Positions 1 to 10,008 of a stretch of DNA of 64,000 nt are shown here, piece by piece. Source of the DNA: Candidatus Cryptobacteroides sp. (GTDB taxonomy: Bacteria; Bacteroidota; Bacteroidia; Bacteroidales; UBA932); the NCBI GenBank assembly GCA_045646785.1, contig JAZRLI010000001.1:9933-73932 (forward strand), in the 5' to 3' direction. The notes under the pieces are model-generated. The model was not told the DNA's origin. It ran no database searches and saw only the letters and a program-made list of their open reading frames with translations. A program made the translations under genes and the position numbers. Within the stretch, counting starts at the first letter, position 1, and the number at the start of each line of letters is the position of its first letter.

Positions 1-638
1 TCGTTAGCCTTGATAGCGTCGATAGCAGCCTGGAAGTCCTTGATAGACTGTGAAGTAAGCTGGTTGTTTCTTACCTGTGAGCTGTTGATGTTATAAAGGA
101 TCTGACCCTCTGCAGTCTGGTTGATGATGTCCTGATAGTTGTCAGCCTTATAGTCAACACGACCTTCCTTGCATACGAGCATGTATGTAGTGTTTGCACC
201 GTCAGCAACCTTCTTTGAAGGGAGGTCAGCAGACTTTGACTTGTACTTTACAGTACCGCGAAGCTCAAGGTAGCTCTTCTCCATACCTGGAACATAGTCG
301 AAGCTTACCTTCTTTGTAACTGTAGCACCGTCAGAAGGAACAACCTGATAGTTGTCTTCTACCTTCTCACCCTGGAATACGAAAGGCTCCATCTTTGACT
401 CGCCACCTTCGTAAACGATTACAGGAGTAACCTCGAGGATAGCCTTTGGATGGAAGTAGTCTGCAGGATAAGTGACTGTCACGTCAGCCTCGATCTTACC
501 GGCTACAACCTCAAGAACTGCAGGGTTGCACTCTACAGCAACGTTTTCTGCCATTTCAGCCATCTTCTCAGGTGAGCTGCAGGCAGCAGCGCCGAGAGCG
601 ATGACAACGGCAAAGAATGATTTGATTACCTTCTTCAT
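1..638 (-). CDS. Conserved Bacteroidales outer-membrane lipoprotein (TPR/OmpA-like family), runs off the window start
   Basis: Not in the ORF track (open at edge). ATG at 638 reads MKKVIKSFFAVVIALGAAAC-SSPEKMAEM (lipobox) and stays open to base 1; -7 promoter element at 674-681 on the minus strand. Confidence 0.75.
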   Translation of the reverse strand, partial: MKKVIKSFFAVVIALGAAACSSPEKMAEMAENVAVECNPAVLEVVAGKIEADVTVTYPADYFHPKAILEVTPVIVYEGGESKMEPFVFQGEKVEDNYQVVPSDGATVTKKVSFDYVPGMEKSYLELRGTVKYKSKSADLPSKKVADGANTTYMLVCKEGRVDYKADNYQDIINQTAEGQILYNINSSQVRNNQLTSQSIKDFQAAIDAIKAN

Positions 639-673
639 AGTTATGAAATTTATTATAAATGTTATATAGTCTG

Positions 674-701
674 CAAATATAATCATATTTTCTTAACTTT
701 G
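674..701. promoter_or_regulatory. Divergent Bacteroidota sigma-A -7 elements
   Basis: TAACTTTG at 694-701 (+), 7 bp before the ATG at 709; TATATTTG at 674-681 (-). Both match TAnnTTTG. Confidence 0.65.
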
Positions 702-708
702 CAGAGTT

Positions 709-1929
709 ATGACGAATCAAGAATTACAGACACTTAAGAATAAGTTCGACATCATAGGTAACGATCCGGCTCTGAACAGGGCCCTTGATATCGCTGTAGC
801 CGTAGCTCCGACCGATATAACAGTCCTTGTTTCCGGCGAGAGCGGTGTGGGAAAAGAGAACATCCCACGCATAATCCACCAGAACAGCCGCAGGAAAAAT
901 GGAAAGTATTTCGCGATAAACTGCGGTGCCATTCCTGAGGGAACCATTGATTCTGAGCTGTTTGGACATGAGAAGGGATCCTTCACAGGTGCAAACGAGA
1001 TGAGAAGGGGATATTTTGAGGAGGCTGACGGGGGCACGTTGTTCCTTGATGAGATCGGAGAGCTTCCGCTTCCTTCGCAGGCCAAGCTCCTGAGAGTCCT
1101 TCAGTCCGGCGAGTTCATCAGGGTGGGTTCATCCAAGGTACTCAAGACCGATGTCAGGGTCATAGCAGCGACAAACGTGAATCTCCTCCATGCAGTGTCG
1201 AAGGGAAAGTTCCGCGCAGATCTCTATTACAGACTGAATGCGGTCTCCATTTCCATGCCGTCCCTGCGTGAAAGAAAGGATGACATAAATCTGCTTTTCA
1301 GGAAGTTCGCTTCCGATTTTTCGGCGAAATACGGAGTGTGCAAGGTCTCGCTGACTGAAGATGCGTCAATCATGCTCCGCAAATACAGATGGCCGGGCAA
1401 CATCCGACAGCTGAAGAATGTCGCCGAGACGGTTTCTGCAATCGAATCCGTCAGGATGACAGGATACTCCGACAAATGTGTCATAGATGTAGACGTGCTG
1501 TCGAGATATATCCCGAAGGAGGAACCGAATCTTCTTCCGGCCCTGTCTCCGTCGTACCAGGAGTCTCCTGAAAATGCAGGTGAGAGGGAGGCGATCATCA
1601 GGATGCTCCTCCAGCTCAAGCAGGACGTGGATTATCTCAAGGATGTCGTTGCCAAGGCGGGACTTGGAAGACCGTCAGCTCCGGCTTTGTCCGCGCCTGA
1701 AGAATTGCCGATCAGTCCGCTACAGGATATGATGGATGTGGATGAAGATCCCGAGGAACAGGAATTCCAGGAGCAGGTTGCAGAGGATATGTCGATAAAG
1801 ACAGCAAATCTCGACCTTATAGACAAGGTTCTTCGCAAGCACGGAGGAAACCGAAAGGCCGCGGCTGCAGAACTTGGAATATCCGAAAGGACGCTTTATC
1901 GTAAAATAAAGCAGATTACAGATAGATAA
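709..1929 (+). CDS. Sigma54-dependent AAA+ transcriptional activator, Fis-type HTH, no N-terminal sensor domain
   Basis: Walker A GESGVGKE, SELFGHEKGSFTGA, Walker B TLFLDEIGE, WPGNIRQL, C-terminal AAAELGISERTLYRK. Confidence 0.93.
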   Translation: MTNQELQTLKNKFDIIGNDPALNRALDIAVAVAPTDITVLVSGESGVGKENIPRIIHQNSRRKNGKYFAINCGAIPEGTIDSELFGHEKGSFTGANEMRRGYFEEADGGTLFLDEIGELPLPSQAKLLRVLQSGEFIRVGSSKVLKTDVRVIAATNVNLLHAVSKGKFRADLYYRLNAVSISMPSLRERKDDINLLFRKFASDFSAKYGVCKVSLTEDASIMLRKYRWPGNIRQLKNVAETVSAIESVRMTGYSDKCVIDVDVLSRYIPKEEPNLLPALSPSYQESPENAGEREAIIRMLLQLKQDVDYLKDVVAKAGLGRPSAPALSAPEELPISPLQDMMDVDEDPEEQEFQEQVAEDMSIKTANLDLIDKVLRKHGGNRKAAAAELGISERTLYRKIKQITDR

Positions 1930-2460
1930 ATGATGAAAGGAAGAACTATATTTTCGACTGCAGGCATTGTCATGGCTCTCGTGGCGACTATGTTCATCGT
2001 ACATTCGTGCGGCATATATTCGTTTACGGGAACGTCAATCCAGCCGGAGGTCAAGACGGTGACAATCAATTACTTCGAGTATCAGGCGCTTAAGGTGAAT
2101 CCTTCGCTCAGCAACGATCTCACCACCGCTCTCCAGGACAAGTTCCTCAAGCTGACCAAGCTGGAGCAGGTCGATATGGACGGAGACATCGAGATCACAG
2201 GTGCCATTACCGGATATGACGTGAAGGCCACTGCGGTGACCGCCAACGAGCAGGCTGCGCAGAACAGGCTTACCGTTACCGTGAGGATCAATTTCACCAA
2301 CAGGCAGTTCCCGACTGACGATTTCCAGGACAAGGCGTTCTCGGCATATGCGGATTTCGATGCAACACAGCAGCTGGATGCGGTCGAGGCATCGTTGTGC
2401 GAGGAGATCATCGAGCAGTTGTGTGACGATATGTTCAATGCTACGGTTGCAAACTGGTAA
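1930..2460 (+). CDS. lptE: LPS-assembly lipoprotein LptE family
   Basis: Lipobox VHSCG, YSFTGTSI, C-terminal FNATVANW; usual Bacteroidota position after the sigma54 activator. Confidence 0.85.
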   Translation: MMKGRTIFSTAGIVMALVATMFIVHSCGIYSFTGTSIQPEVKTVTINYFEYQALKVNPSLSNDLTTALQDKFLKLTKLEQVDMDGDIEITGAITGYDVKATAVTANEQAAQNRLTVTVRINFTNRQFPTDDFQDKAFSAYADFDATQQLDAVEASLCEEIIEQLCDDMFNATVANW

Positions 2461-2463
2461 TAT

Positions 2464-3060
2464 ATGGGATATATAGATATAAGGAAGCTTACTTTGGACG
2501 AACTTGTCGGTGTCGTCAACCTCTATCCTTGGTTCGGAGGAGCCAGGAAGGAGTTGTGCGAGCGTATGCGCAAGATGGGAGACGGAGACTGGGGAGGTTC
2601 CCAGTATGTCGATGCGGCCATGTATGTGCCTTCGCGCACCAAGATGGCAGGTCTCAAGAGGGCTTCCCTCTCACATGACTGGACCGATGCGGATGTGGAG
2701 AAGATCCTCAAGTCCTATATTTCGGAGAAGGAGGTTTCCGAAGCAGGTGCTTCCGAGGCCAGGAAGGTTCATGTGGTGGGCGGAGACTATTTCTCGCAGG
2801 ACGACTATGACCGCGTAAGGAAGTCGGACGACAAGGTGTTCTCGAGATATGCGGCGAAGGCAAAGCAGGAGAAGTCGTACGAGGATGTGAAAGAGGTTGA
2901 GTTTGACCTTTATACAGAGACTCTTGCCCAGATTTATCTGGAACAGGGCTATCCGGAGCAGGCAAAAAGCATTTATTCTAAACTTCTTTTGGCTAATCCA
3001 GAAAAAAATGCTTACTTTGCAACCCTTATTCAAAAAATTGACGAATTAAATAAGTTGTAA
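2464..3060 (+). CDS. Conserved hypothetical protein with C-terminal TPR-like motif
   Basis: YPWF N-terminal motif and TETLAQIYLEQGYPEQAKSIYSKL...PEKNAYFA C-terminus; lies between lptE and secG. Confidence 0.8.
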   Translation: MGYIDIRKLTLDELVGVVNLYPWFGGARKELCERMRKMGDGDWGGSQYVDAAMYVPSRTKMAGLKRASLSHDWTDADVEKILKSYISEKEVSEAGASEARKVHVVGGDYFSQDDYDRVRKSDDKVFSRYAAKAKQEKSYEDVKEVEFDLYTETLAQIYLEQGYPEQAKSIYSKLLLANPEKNAYFATLIQKIDELNKL

Positions 3061-3066
3061 TACAAT

Positions 3067-3408
3067 ATGAACGCACTTTTTACAGTCTTGACAGTGCTTG
3101 TGCTTATTGCAAGCGTACTCATCACTCTCATCGTATTGCTTCAGAACGGAAAGGGTGGCGGACTCGCCAGCAACTTCGTAGCTGGAAACCAGACTTTCGG
3201 TGTACGTCAGACAACTGACATTCTCGAGAAGATCACTTGGGGTCTCGTAGCATTCATCTTCGTAGTGTCTATCATCTCTACTTTCACTCTCAACAACAAC
3301 GGAAAGGCAGTAGACTACACTGAGAAGATCGAGACAGAGGCACCGGCTCCTGAGTTCCCTGCAGCAATTCCTTCAGCAGAGAACCCAGCTGAGACTTCAG
3401 CAGAGTAA
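3067..3408 (+). CDS. secG: Preprotein translocase subunit SecG
   Basis: Two TM helices, VLLQNGKGGGLASNF, LEKITW motif. Confidence 0.93.
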   Translation: MNALFTVLTVLVLIASVLITLIVLLQNGKGGGLASNFVAGNQTFGVRQTTDILEKITWGLVAFIFVVSIISTFTLNNNGKAVDYTEKIETEAPAPEFPAAIPSAENPAETSAE

Positions 3409-3425
3409 TTGAGTTTTTCCGCCTG

Positions 3426-3466
3426 CTGACATTTTGTCAGAAAAAAGGCTTTGGAATATAATTTGA
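3426..3466 (+). promoter_or_regulatory. Palindromic operator CTGACA-N3-TGTCAG plus sigma54-like -24/-12 element upstream of clpB
   Basis: CTGACATTTTGTCAG at 3426-3440; TTGG-N10-GA at 3451-3466 (canonical is GG-N10-GC); no good TAnnTTTG in this interval. Confidence 0.45.
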
Positions 3467-3505
3467 CTTTTAGCCGTTTGTTCGCAAGAACAGACGGCTA
3501 AAAGT
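3466..3505 (+). other. Long GNRA-capped hairpin in the clpB leader
   Basis: ACTTTTAGCCGTTTGTTC-GCAA-GAACAGACGGCTAAAAGT, 18-bp stem with one G-U pair. Confidence 0.7.
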
Positions 3506-3530
3506 GTATATATTATAATTCAATAGCAAT

Positions 3531-5693
3531 ATGGCAGAAAACAAGTTTGAAAATTTGAGCAGGTTCGCTGTCAATCTTAATGAGAGAGCGGCGCAGGGAA
3601 AGCTCGATCCTGTAATCGGCAGGGACGAGGAAATAAGAAGAGTATTGCAGATCCTCAGCAGGAGGACAAAGAACAATCCTATCCTTGTAGGTGAACCGGG
3701 AGTGGGCAAGACAGCGATTTCGGAAGGCATTGCCCAGAAGATCGTTGACGGTGACGTGCCCGAGAACCTCAAGAGCAGGAAGATATATTCCCTCGACCTG
3801 GGTGCCCTCATTGCAGGAGCAAAGTATCAGGGAGAGTTCGAGGAGCGTCTCAAGGGAGTGGTGAAGGAAGTTGTGGACAGTGACGGTGAGGTCATCCTCT
3901 TCATCGATGAAATCCATACCCTTGTCGGTGCAGGCCGTACATCAGGTGCCATGGATGCATCCAATATCCTCAAGCCAGCCCTGGCCCGCGGCGAACTCCG
4001 CACCATAGGTTCGACCACTCTGGATGAGTATCAGAAATATTTCGAGGCGGACAAGGCCCTGGAGCGAAGGTTCCAGATGGTTATGGTGGATGAGCCGTCT
4101 CCGGCTGCTTCCGTTTCCATCATGAGGGGTCTCAAGGAGCGTTATGAAAACCACCACAAGGTACGCATCGAGGACGATGCCCTGATCGCTGCGGTGGAAC
4201 TTTCTCACCGCTACATCACCAACCGTTTCCTGCCTGACAAGGCGATTGACCTTGTGGACGAGGCAGCTTCCAAGCTCCGTCTTGAGATGAATTCGGTGCC
4301 TGAGCCAATCGCAGAACTTGACAGCCGTATCCGTCAGCTGGAGATCGAGAGAGAGGCCATCCGCCGCGAGGGAGTGTCTGTCAAGATGGAAAGGATTAAG
4401 GCGGAACTTGCTGAACTTGAGGAGAATAGAAAGGTTCTTAGAGAGAAGTGGGAGGAGGAGAAGAGCATACTGTCCGAACTTCAGTCGCAGAGGCAGAAGA
4501 TGGAGGATTACAAGATCGAGGCTCATAATGCCGAGAGGGCTGGAGACTACGGAAAGGTTGCGGAAATCCGATATGGAAGGATGACCGAGGCCCAGAAGAA
4601 GATCGATGAACTTACTGCGCGTCAGGCAGAAATCAAGGATCCTATCATAACTGAGGCTGTGACTCCGGAGGATATTGCCGAGGTCGTTGCGAAATGGACC
4701 GGTATTCCAGTCCACAGGATGCTGGAGAGCGAGAGGGAGAAGCTTCTGCGCATGGAAACTGAACTCCACAAGAGAGTAGTGGGTCAGGATCAGGCGATCG
4801 AGGCGGTTGCAGATGCGGTACGTCGTTCGCGTGCCGGTCTCCAGAACGAGAAGAGACCTATCGGATCGTTCCTGTTCATGGGTACGACCGGTGTAGGAAA
4901 GACCGAGCTTGCGAAGGCTCTGGCGGAGTTCCTTTTCAATGACGAGACCATGATGACCCGTATCGACATGAGCGAGTATCAGGAGCGTCATTCGGTGAGC
5001 CGTCTCGTGGGTGCGCCTCCGGGCTATGTGGGTTACGATGAGGGCGGTCAGCTTACGGAGGCAGTGCGTCGCAAGCCGTATTCGGTGATTCTTCTCGATG
5101 AGATCGAAAAGGCCCATCCGGATGTGTTCAACACGCTTCTGCAGGTGCTCGACGACGGCCGTCTGACCGACAACAAGGGCCGTACTGTAGATTTCAAGAA
5201 CACGATCCTCATTATGACCTCGAATGTCGGAGCGGATATCATCCAGGGCTATATGGAACGCCTTCCTCTGCCGGACGGAATGTCATCCGGAGAATGTTCT
5301 GAAAGAGCAAGAATGCTTGCAGAATGCCGTGAGCAGGTTCTGGAAGTGCTGAAGAGGACAGTCCGTCCGGAGTTCCTGAACCGTATCGACGAGGTAATCA
5401 TGTTCGAGCCTCTGTCGCAGACCGACATCCGCGAGATCCTTCATATCCAGATGCGCGACCTGCAGGAGAAACTTGCGGAGAACGGAGTCAGCGTCGAGTT
5501 TACAGACGGGTTCGTGGACTATATGAGCACAAAGGGCTATGAACCTCAGTATGGTGCCCGTCCGATCAAGCGACTCATGCAGAAGGAACTTATAAACCTT
5601 CTCGCCAAGTCCATTCTCGACGGCCATGTCCACCGCGACTCCACCATCCTGGTAGATGTCCGTGACGGCCAGATCGCGGTGAGTGACAGGTAA
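3531..5693 (+). CDS. clpB: ClpB disaggregase lacking the N-terminal Clp domain
   Basis: [13 protein letters not shown], two AAA+ modules ([16 protein letters not shown]), coiled-coil middle domain, GAPPGYVGY pore loop; 720 aa. Confidence 0.95.
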   Translation: MAENKFENLSRFAVNLNERAAQGKLDPVIGRDEEIRRVLQILSRRTKNNPILVGEPGVGKTAISEGIAQKIVDGDVPENLKSRKIYSLDLGALIAGAKYQGEFEERLKGVVKEVVDSDGEVILFIDEIHTLVGAGRTSGAMDASNILKPALARGELRTIGSTTLDEYQKYFEADKALERRFQMVMVDEPSPAASVSIMRGLKERYENHHKVRIEDDALIAAVELSHRYITNRFLPDKAIDLVDEAASKLRLEMNSVPEPIAELDSRIRQLEIEREAIRREGVSVKMERIKAELAELEENRKVLREKWEEEKSILSELQSQRQKMEDYKIEAHNAERAGDYGKVAEIRYGRMTEAQKKIDELTARQAEIKDPIITEAVTPEDIAEVVAKWTGIPVHRMLESEREKLLRMETELHKRVVGQDQAIEAVADAVRRSRAGLQNEKRPIGSFLFMGTTGVGKTELAKALAEFLFNDETMMTRIDMSEYQERHSVSRLVGAPPGYVGYDEGGQLTEAVRRKPYSVILLDEIEKAHPDVFNTLLQVLDDGRLTDNKGRTVDFKNTILIMTSNVGADIIQGYMERLPLPDGMSSGECSERARMLAECREQVLEVLKRTVRPEFLNRIDEVIMFEPLSQTDIREILHIQMRDLQEKLAENGVSVEFTDGFVDYMSTKGYEPQYGARPIKRLMQKELINLLAKSILDGHVHRDSTILVDVRDGQIAVSDR

Positions 5694-5712
5694 ACGGAAT
5701 CTTCCACAGTGG

Positions 5713-7851
5713 TTACAGTCCCAGTTCCTCGATGATGCGGGTCATGCCGGCGTAGCGGTCCAGGGTCCAGAGGATGAAGCGGATGTCTACGCAGACGCAT
5801 TTGTTGTAGTCCGGGGTGAAGGATGCATCGCTGGCGAGGGATTCCTTGTTGCCGTCGAAGGCGAGGCCTATGAGTTCTCCCTTGGCGTTGAGGACCGGGC
5901 TGCCGGAGTTTCCTCCGGTGATATCGTTGTCGGTCAGGAAATTCACGTACATGGTCTTTCCTTCCGGTCCAAAGCCCCATCTGCCCCATTGCTGGGCGCT
6001 GTAGAGAAGGTACTGTCTGTCGTTGAGGTAGAAGTCATAATCGACAGGGTTGAACTTCTCGAGGATTCCCGCAGGGGTTGTCTTCCAGTCACATACCACT
6101 CCGTCACGAGGCTCCAGTCCGCCCACGGTACCATAAGTTATTCTCATGGTTGAATTAGCATCAGGATACTGTACGATACCCTTGTCCAGACGCATCTGAT
6201 ACAGGGCGTGAGTATACTCCCTGTTGAGGGCGGTGATGTTAGGGGTTCCCTCCGCATTTGCCCTTGCCTCTGTGAAGTCGGTGGACTTTATCTCCATCAC
6301 GAATCTGCAGAGTCCGTCAGAGACGATCTCCTCTTCCGGAACTTCCTTCCTTCCGAGACGTGCGATGCCTTCCGGCGAAGTGAATACGCTGCCCTCCCAG
6401 AGGTCGTCGGCAAGCGCCTTGGTGTCGCATACTCCGTCCTTGGTGTACTGGGAAATGATCTCCAGATGCCATGGGCTCATGTATGAACGGTCGAGGTTGT
6501 TCACGAACACATCCACGGCATATTCGAAGAGATCCCTTTCGACGCGGAGATCAATCTCCGCATATTTCTCCAGCATCTTTTCGCCTGTACCTGCCTGATT
6601 CCGAGGGTTATGTGCCCTTCGCATGATGAGTGCAAGCTGCGAACCGCGTATCATGGTCTCACGGTAGTAACTCTGGTCAACCTCTATCCCGCTGACGGCC
6701 TTGTACTTGTCGCGAAGGTCCTGGAGGAGGTTGCCCCATTTTGCCGCACGCTCAGGTGATGCCATGATCCACTCCTGAAGTTCCTTCTCAAGTTCCGCCT
6801 TTTCTTCCACTACGTCAAATCTGTCGAAGCACTCCTGCTCACCGCTGAAGCACTCCTGCATGTTGCTGAGGCTGAAGAAATAGTCGGAATATTTGAGGCG
6901 GATCTCCGGATCCTTGTCCATCCATGACTTGATTATGTCCATCTGTCTGCCTCTGATGGCATTGTTGACAGGGTGCTTTACGGTCTCGGTGAAGTCGGTT
7001 TCGAATGAACTGCTGTATCTGTTGGTGCTTCCCGGATATCCGATGACCATGGTGTAGTCGCCTTCCTTGTAGCCGTCAAGGGAAATGTTCAGTTTGCGCA
7101 CGGGCTTCATCGGAACATTGTCCTTGGAATATTCAGCAGGTGATCCGTCAGGTGCTGTATAGACTCTGTACATCGCGAAGTCGCATTTGTGCTGAGGCCA
7201 TTCCCAGTTGTCGATGTCTCCACCGAATGCGGCCGAAGACACAGGCGGAGCCGCCACAAGACGGACGTCCTTATATACCTCATAAAGAGCGAGATAATAT
7301 TTTGAACCTCTCCACATTGATCCGAGCCATGCGTCGAGGCCGGTCTCCTTGCTGTATTTGGTTTCCATCAGGTGGCTGATTCTCCTGCTTCCGGACGGTT
7401 TGCCCTCTGCAATGAGGTCGGCCTGAAGTTTCAGGACCTCGTCTGTCACGTCAATGACCCTCTTAAGGAAATAGACGCTCTTGCCCTTGATATTAACTTC
7501 TTCATCTGCTCTCATCGCCCAGAATCCCTCTTCGAGGTAGTTGTGTTCAGGGGTGCTGAGGGCGTGTACGTCGCTGTAGGCGCAGTGGTGGTTGGTGATG
7601 AGCAGTCCCTGGTCGGAGATGATGCTTCCTGTGCATGCGAATTCAAGAGATACGACCGCATCGGCTACCGATGAGCCCGGAGCATCAGCATTGTAAACCT
7701 CTCCGGCTGCGAGTTTCAGGCCTCTTTCCTGCATCTTTTTCTCCAATGCGGCATCGATAGCATGGATCATCCACATTCCTTCGTCCGCCTTCGCCTGCTT
7801 TCCCGCAAACGTCAGGACGCATAAAGCAAATATCAGATGTCTTAGTTTCAT
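5713..7851 (-). CDS. S46 family dipeptidyl peptidase (DPP7-like)
   Basis: Signal peptide MKLRHLIFALC (start re-set to 7851), DEGMW, TNHHC, catalytic TGGNSGSPV; AFDGN (Gly rather than the Arg of DPP11). Confidence 0.9.
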   Translation of the reverse strand: MKLRHLIFALCVLTFAGKQAKADEGMWMIHAIDAALEKKMQERGLKLAAGEVYNADAPGSSVADAVVSLEFACTGSIISDQGLLITNHHCAYSDVHALSTPEHNYLEEGFWAMRADEEVNIKGKSVYFLKRVIDVTDEVLKLQADLIAEGKPSGSRRISHLMETKYSKETGLDAWLGSMWRGSKYYLALYEVYKDVRLVAAPPVSSAAFGGDIDNWEWPQHKCDFAMYRVYTAPDGSPAEYSKDNVPMKPVRKLNISLDGYKEGDYTMVIGYPGSTNRYSSSFETDFTETVKHPVNNAIRGRQMDIIKSWMDKDPEIRLKYSDYFFSLSNMQECFSGEQECFDRFDVVEEKAELEKELQEWIMASPERAAKWGNLLQDLRDKYKAVSGIEVDQSYYRETMIRGSQLALIMRRAHNPRNQAGTGEKMLEKYAEIDLRVERDLFEYAVDVFVNNLDRSYMSPWHLEIISQYTKDGVCDTKALADDLWEGSVFTSPEGIARLGRKEVPEEEIVSDGLCRFVMEIKSTDFTEARANAEGTPNITALNREYTHALYQMRLDKGIVQYPDANSTMRITYGTVGGLEPRDGVVCDWKTTPAGILEKFNPVDYDFYLNDRQYLLYSAQQWGRWGFGPEGKTMYVNFLTDNDITGGNSGSPVLNAKGELIGLAFDGNKESLASDASFTPDYNKCVCVDIRFILWTLDRYAGMTRIIEELGL

Positions 7852-7870
7852 AATATCATAATGTATCATT

Positions 7871-7984
7871 GCCAGCAGCAGCCTGCCTTTCCGGACTGAA
7901 TCCCTCCCACACCTTCGGTGCGGGCCCCTCCCGCTCACGACGGCCGCGGGCGGCCACGGTCCTGAAAGACAGACTGCTGCTGTC
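7871..7984. repeat. Palindromic repeat element, copy A (114 bp)
   Basis: 26-bp inverted arms 7871-7896/7959-7984 (22/26 complementary) around a 59-bp core matching 26164-26221 at 53/59. Confidence 0.85.
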
Positions 7985-7986
7985 GT

Positions 7987-10002
7987 TTATTCGTTGTAAG
8001 GATAGACTGTTCCCTGTTTCTTGAAAGTGAACTTTGCAGCCTCTTCACGGACATCGTCAGCCTTGTAGGTGATTGTCCATGTCTCCATAGTCATGAGCTC
8101 CCAAAGCCTTTCCTTTGTCATAGGATCCGCATATCTGATACGGATGCATGGCTGGAGGTCGTCGTTGAGGGTAAGGTAAACTCCGATCACGCCCTCATGC
8201 TTCGAAAGATGGTTGCTCAGATATGGCATGTTGCGAAGGATGATAGGCTTCTCGTAGTTCTTGTCCACGATCTCATAGATGTACTGCTGCTTGTCTCCGG
8301 CAGCCTCGATGCGGCTCTTCCACTGCACGTTGAACGACGAGAACATCGCCTTGATGTGGTCTGCAGTGCTGATCATGGTGTATCCGTCCTCCATCTCGAT
8401 GAACTCGTAATCCACCTCGATCTCGTTCACGCCACCGCCATGTACAGGCATCTCGAGCACTTCCATCTCGACGATTTCCTCGAACCAGTCCTCGTCAAGA
8501 TTCTCCGAAGGATCCATCACGACGCGTACGATGAGCGGGCATGAGAACTCCGACTCGATGCCGTAGATCTTCTTTCCGGTGAGTCTCATCTGCATGCCGA
8601 GGTAGTTGATGTCCATCTTATCGTACATCTTCTCGGTGCGGATGGTGACCACCTTGAGGGAGTCGGTTGCAGTATGGTCAGGGGTGTTGACCCTGAACTT
8701 CACAGGAGTATAGATGGCCTCCTGGATCTTCTCAGGAGTTGTCTTTGCAGGGTCATAAAGAATTTCGACAGAATGTCTGTTGACGAAGGTCTTGACTCCG
8801 TGTACGCCTGCAACCTTCTCTACCTGAGCCTTGAACGTCATCGAACTTCCGTAGCATTTCACTGAACGGAGGCCTTCGATGCTCATGGTCTCGAGGGTCG
8901 AAGGATCCACGAGCTGAGTCACGGTGCCGTCTTCGGCAACCGACTCTATGCCCCATTTCATATCGATGGTAGGAAGCTCGAATCTGTTTCCAACCCACAT
9001 TCCGAATGCGATGAGGATAACCGTAAGGATTGCTGGTACATATTTCCAGCATCCCGCCTGTCTGTTCCTGCATACTCCGACCTTGAGTGCTCCGGTCGAA
9101 CATGCAGCCACGCACTCGCCGCAGAGGGTACAGTCCACAGACTCGACACGTCCGTTTGCGCATGACTTCACGTCGATGTGGTATGGACATTTCCTTGTAC
9201 AGAGGCCGCAGTTGTTGCAGGCTGCGTTGTTCTTCATCACGTACATGAGCTGGAACTTAGGCTTCGAATGGAAGACCTCGAGGAGATATCCTAAGATGCA
9301 GAATCCTCCGAGGAGAACTGCCCATGGAATGTCGGCTCCAAGCACGTCCGCCACCCAGTATGCTCCGAAGAGAACTCCGATCCATACCCAGAACTTGAGT
9401 GAGTTCGAGATGGCTCCGAGCGGACAGAGATAGCGGCACCAGAACATGTCGATGAGGAAGCTTCCTGCTATGACAAGAGTAACGGTAACGATTGACATCC
9501 AGAGGGTTATCTCTCCCTTGAATCCTGTTGCGATCGCATAGTAAGGGTCAAGGTTCTTGCAGAAGAGCTCGCTTGCGTTCACGGTCATGTAGAATATCCA
9601 GAACACGAGGGCGTACTTCACGATACGGAGCGCCTTGTCAAGAGCAGAGCCGTTGCGTACCTTTACGCCCTTGATGTGCAGAGCCTTCCTTGCCTTGCCG
9701 AGGAGGTCCTGCAGGGTTCCTACAGGGCAGATATATGCGCAGAAGAGCTTGCTGAAAAGCACCACGCCAGCCACGAGGGCGATGCCCATCATGACCTGAA
9801 GGGATGACATGCTGCATGGGAGCGATCCCTGAGCAAGGTAGGTTGCGAGGGCCTGAAGGCCTCCCAGAGGACAATATGCCTCAGGGTCTGCCGCTTCCTT
9901 CGAAGGAATGAGTCCTGTCAGGAAGAGCACGAGAGCCGCAAGTACTCCCCACTGGAGGAGGTACTTGGGCCAGTTCTTTATGATGGTAGATTTCTTTGCC
10001 AT
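7987..10002 (-). CDS. Membrane 4Fe-4S binding protein (NapH/CcoG-like) with C-terminal HMA-like domains
   Basis: CxxxCP motifs (FCAYICPVG, WCRYLCPLG), two CxxCxxCxxxC ferredoxin motifs, multiple TM helices, HMA-like VKCYGSS...YDPAKTTPEKI. Confidence 0.8.
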   Translation of the reverse strand: MAKKSTIIKNWPKYLLQWGVLAALVLFLTGLIPSKEAADPEAYCPLGGLQALATYLAQGSLPCSMSSLQVMMGIALVAGVVLFSKLFCAYICPVGTLQDLLGKARKALHIKGVKVRNGSALDKALRIVKYALVFWIFYMTVNASELFCKNLDPYYAIATGFKGEITLWMSIVTVTLVIAGSFLIDMFWCRYLCPLGAISNSLKFWVWIGVLFGAYWVADVLGADIPWAVLLGGFCILGYLLEVFHSKPKFQLMYVMKNNAACNNCGLCTRKCPYHIDVKSCANGRVESVDCTLCGECVAACSTGALKVGVCRNRQAGCWKYVPAILTVILIAFGMWVGNRFELPTIDMKWGIESVAEDGTVTQLVDPSTLETMSIEGLRSVKCYGSSMTFKAQVEKVAGVHGVKTFVNRHSVEILYDPAKTTPEKIQEAIYTPVKFRVNTPDHTATDSLKVVTIRTEKMYDKMDINYLGMQMRLTGKKIYGIESEFSCPLIVRVVMDPSENLDEDWFEEIVEMEVLEMPVHGGGVNEIEVDYEFIEMEDGYTMISTADHIKAMFSSFNVQWKSRIEAAGDKQQYIYEIVDKNYEKPIILRNMPYLSNHLSKHEGVIGVYLTLNDDLQPCIRIRYADPMTKERLWELMTMETWTITYKADDVREEAAKFTFKKQGTVYPYNE

Positions 10003-10008
10003 ATATCT

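Noticed and set aside
3942-5117. Long antisense ORFs (also 28163-29050, 31194-32198, 34077-35183, 58817-59731)
   Set aside because: Shadow frames of strongly codon-biased genes on the opposite strand.
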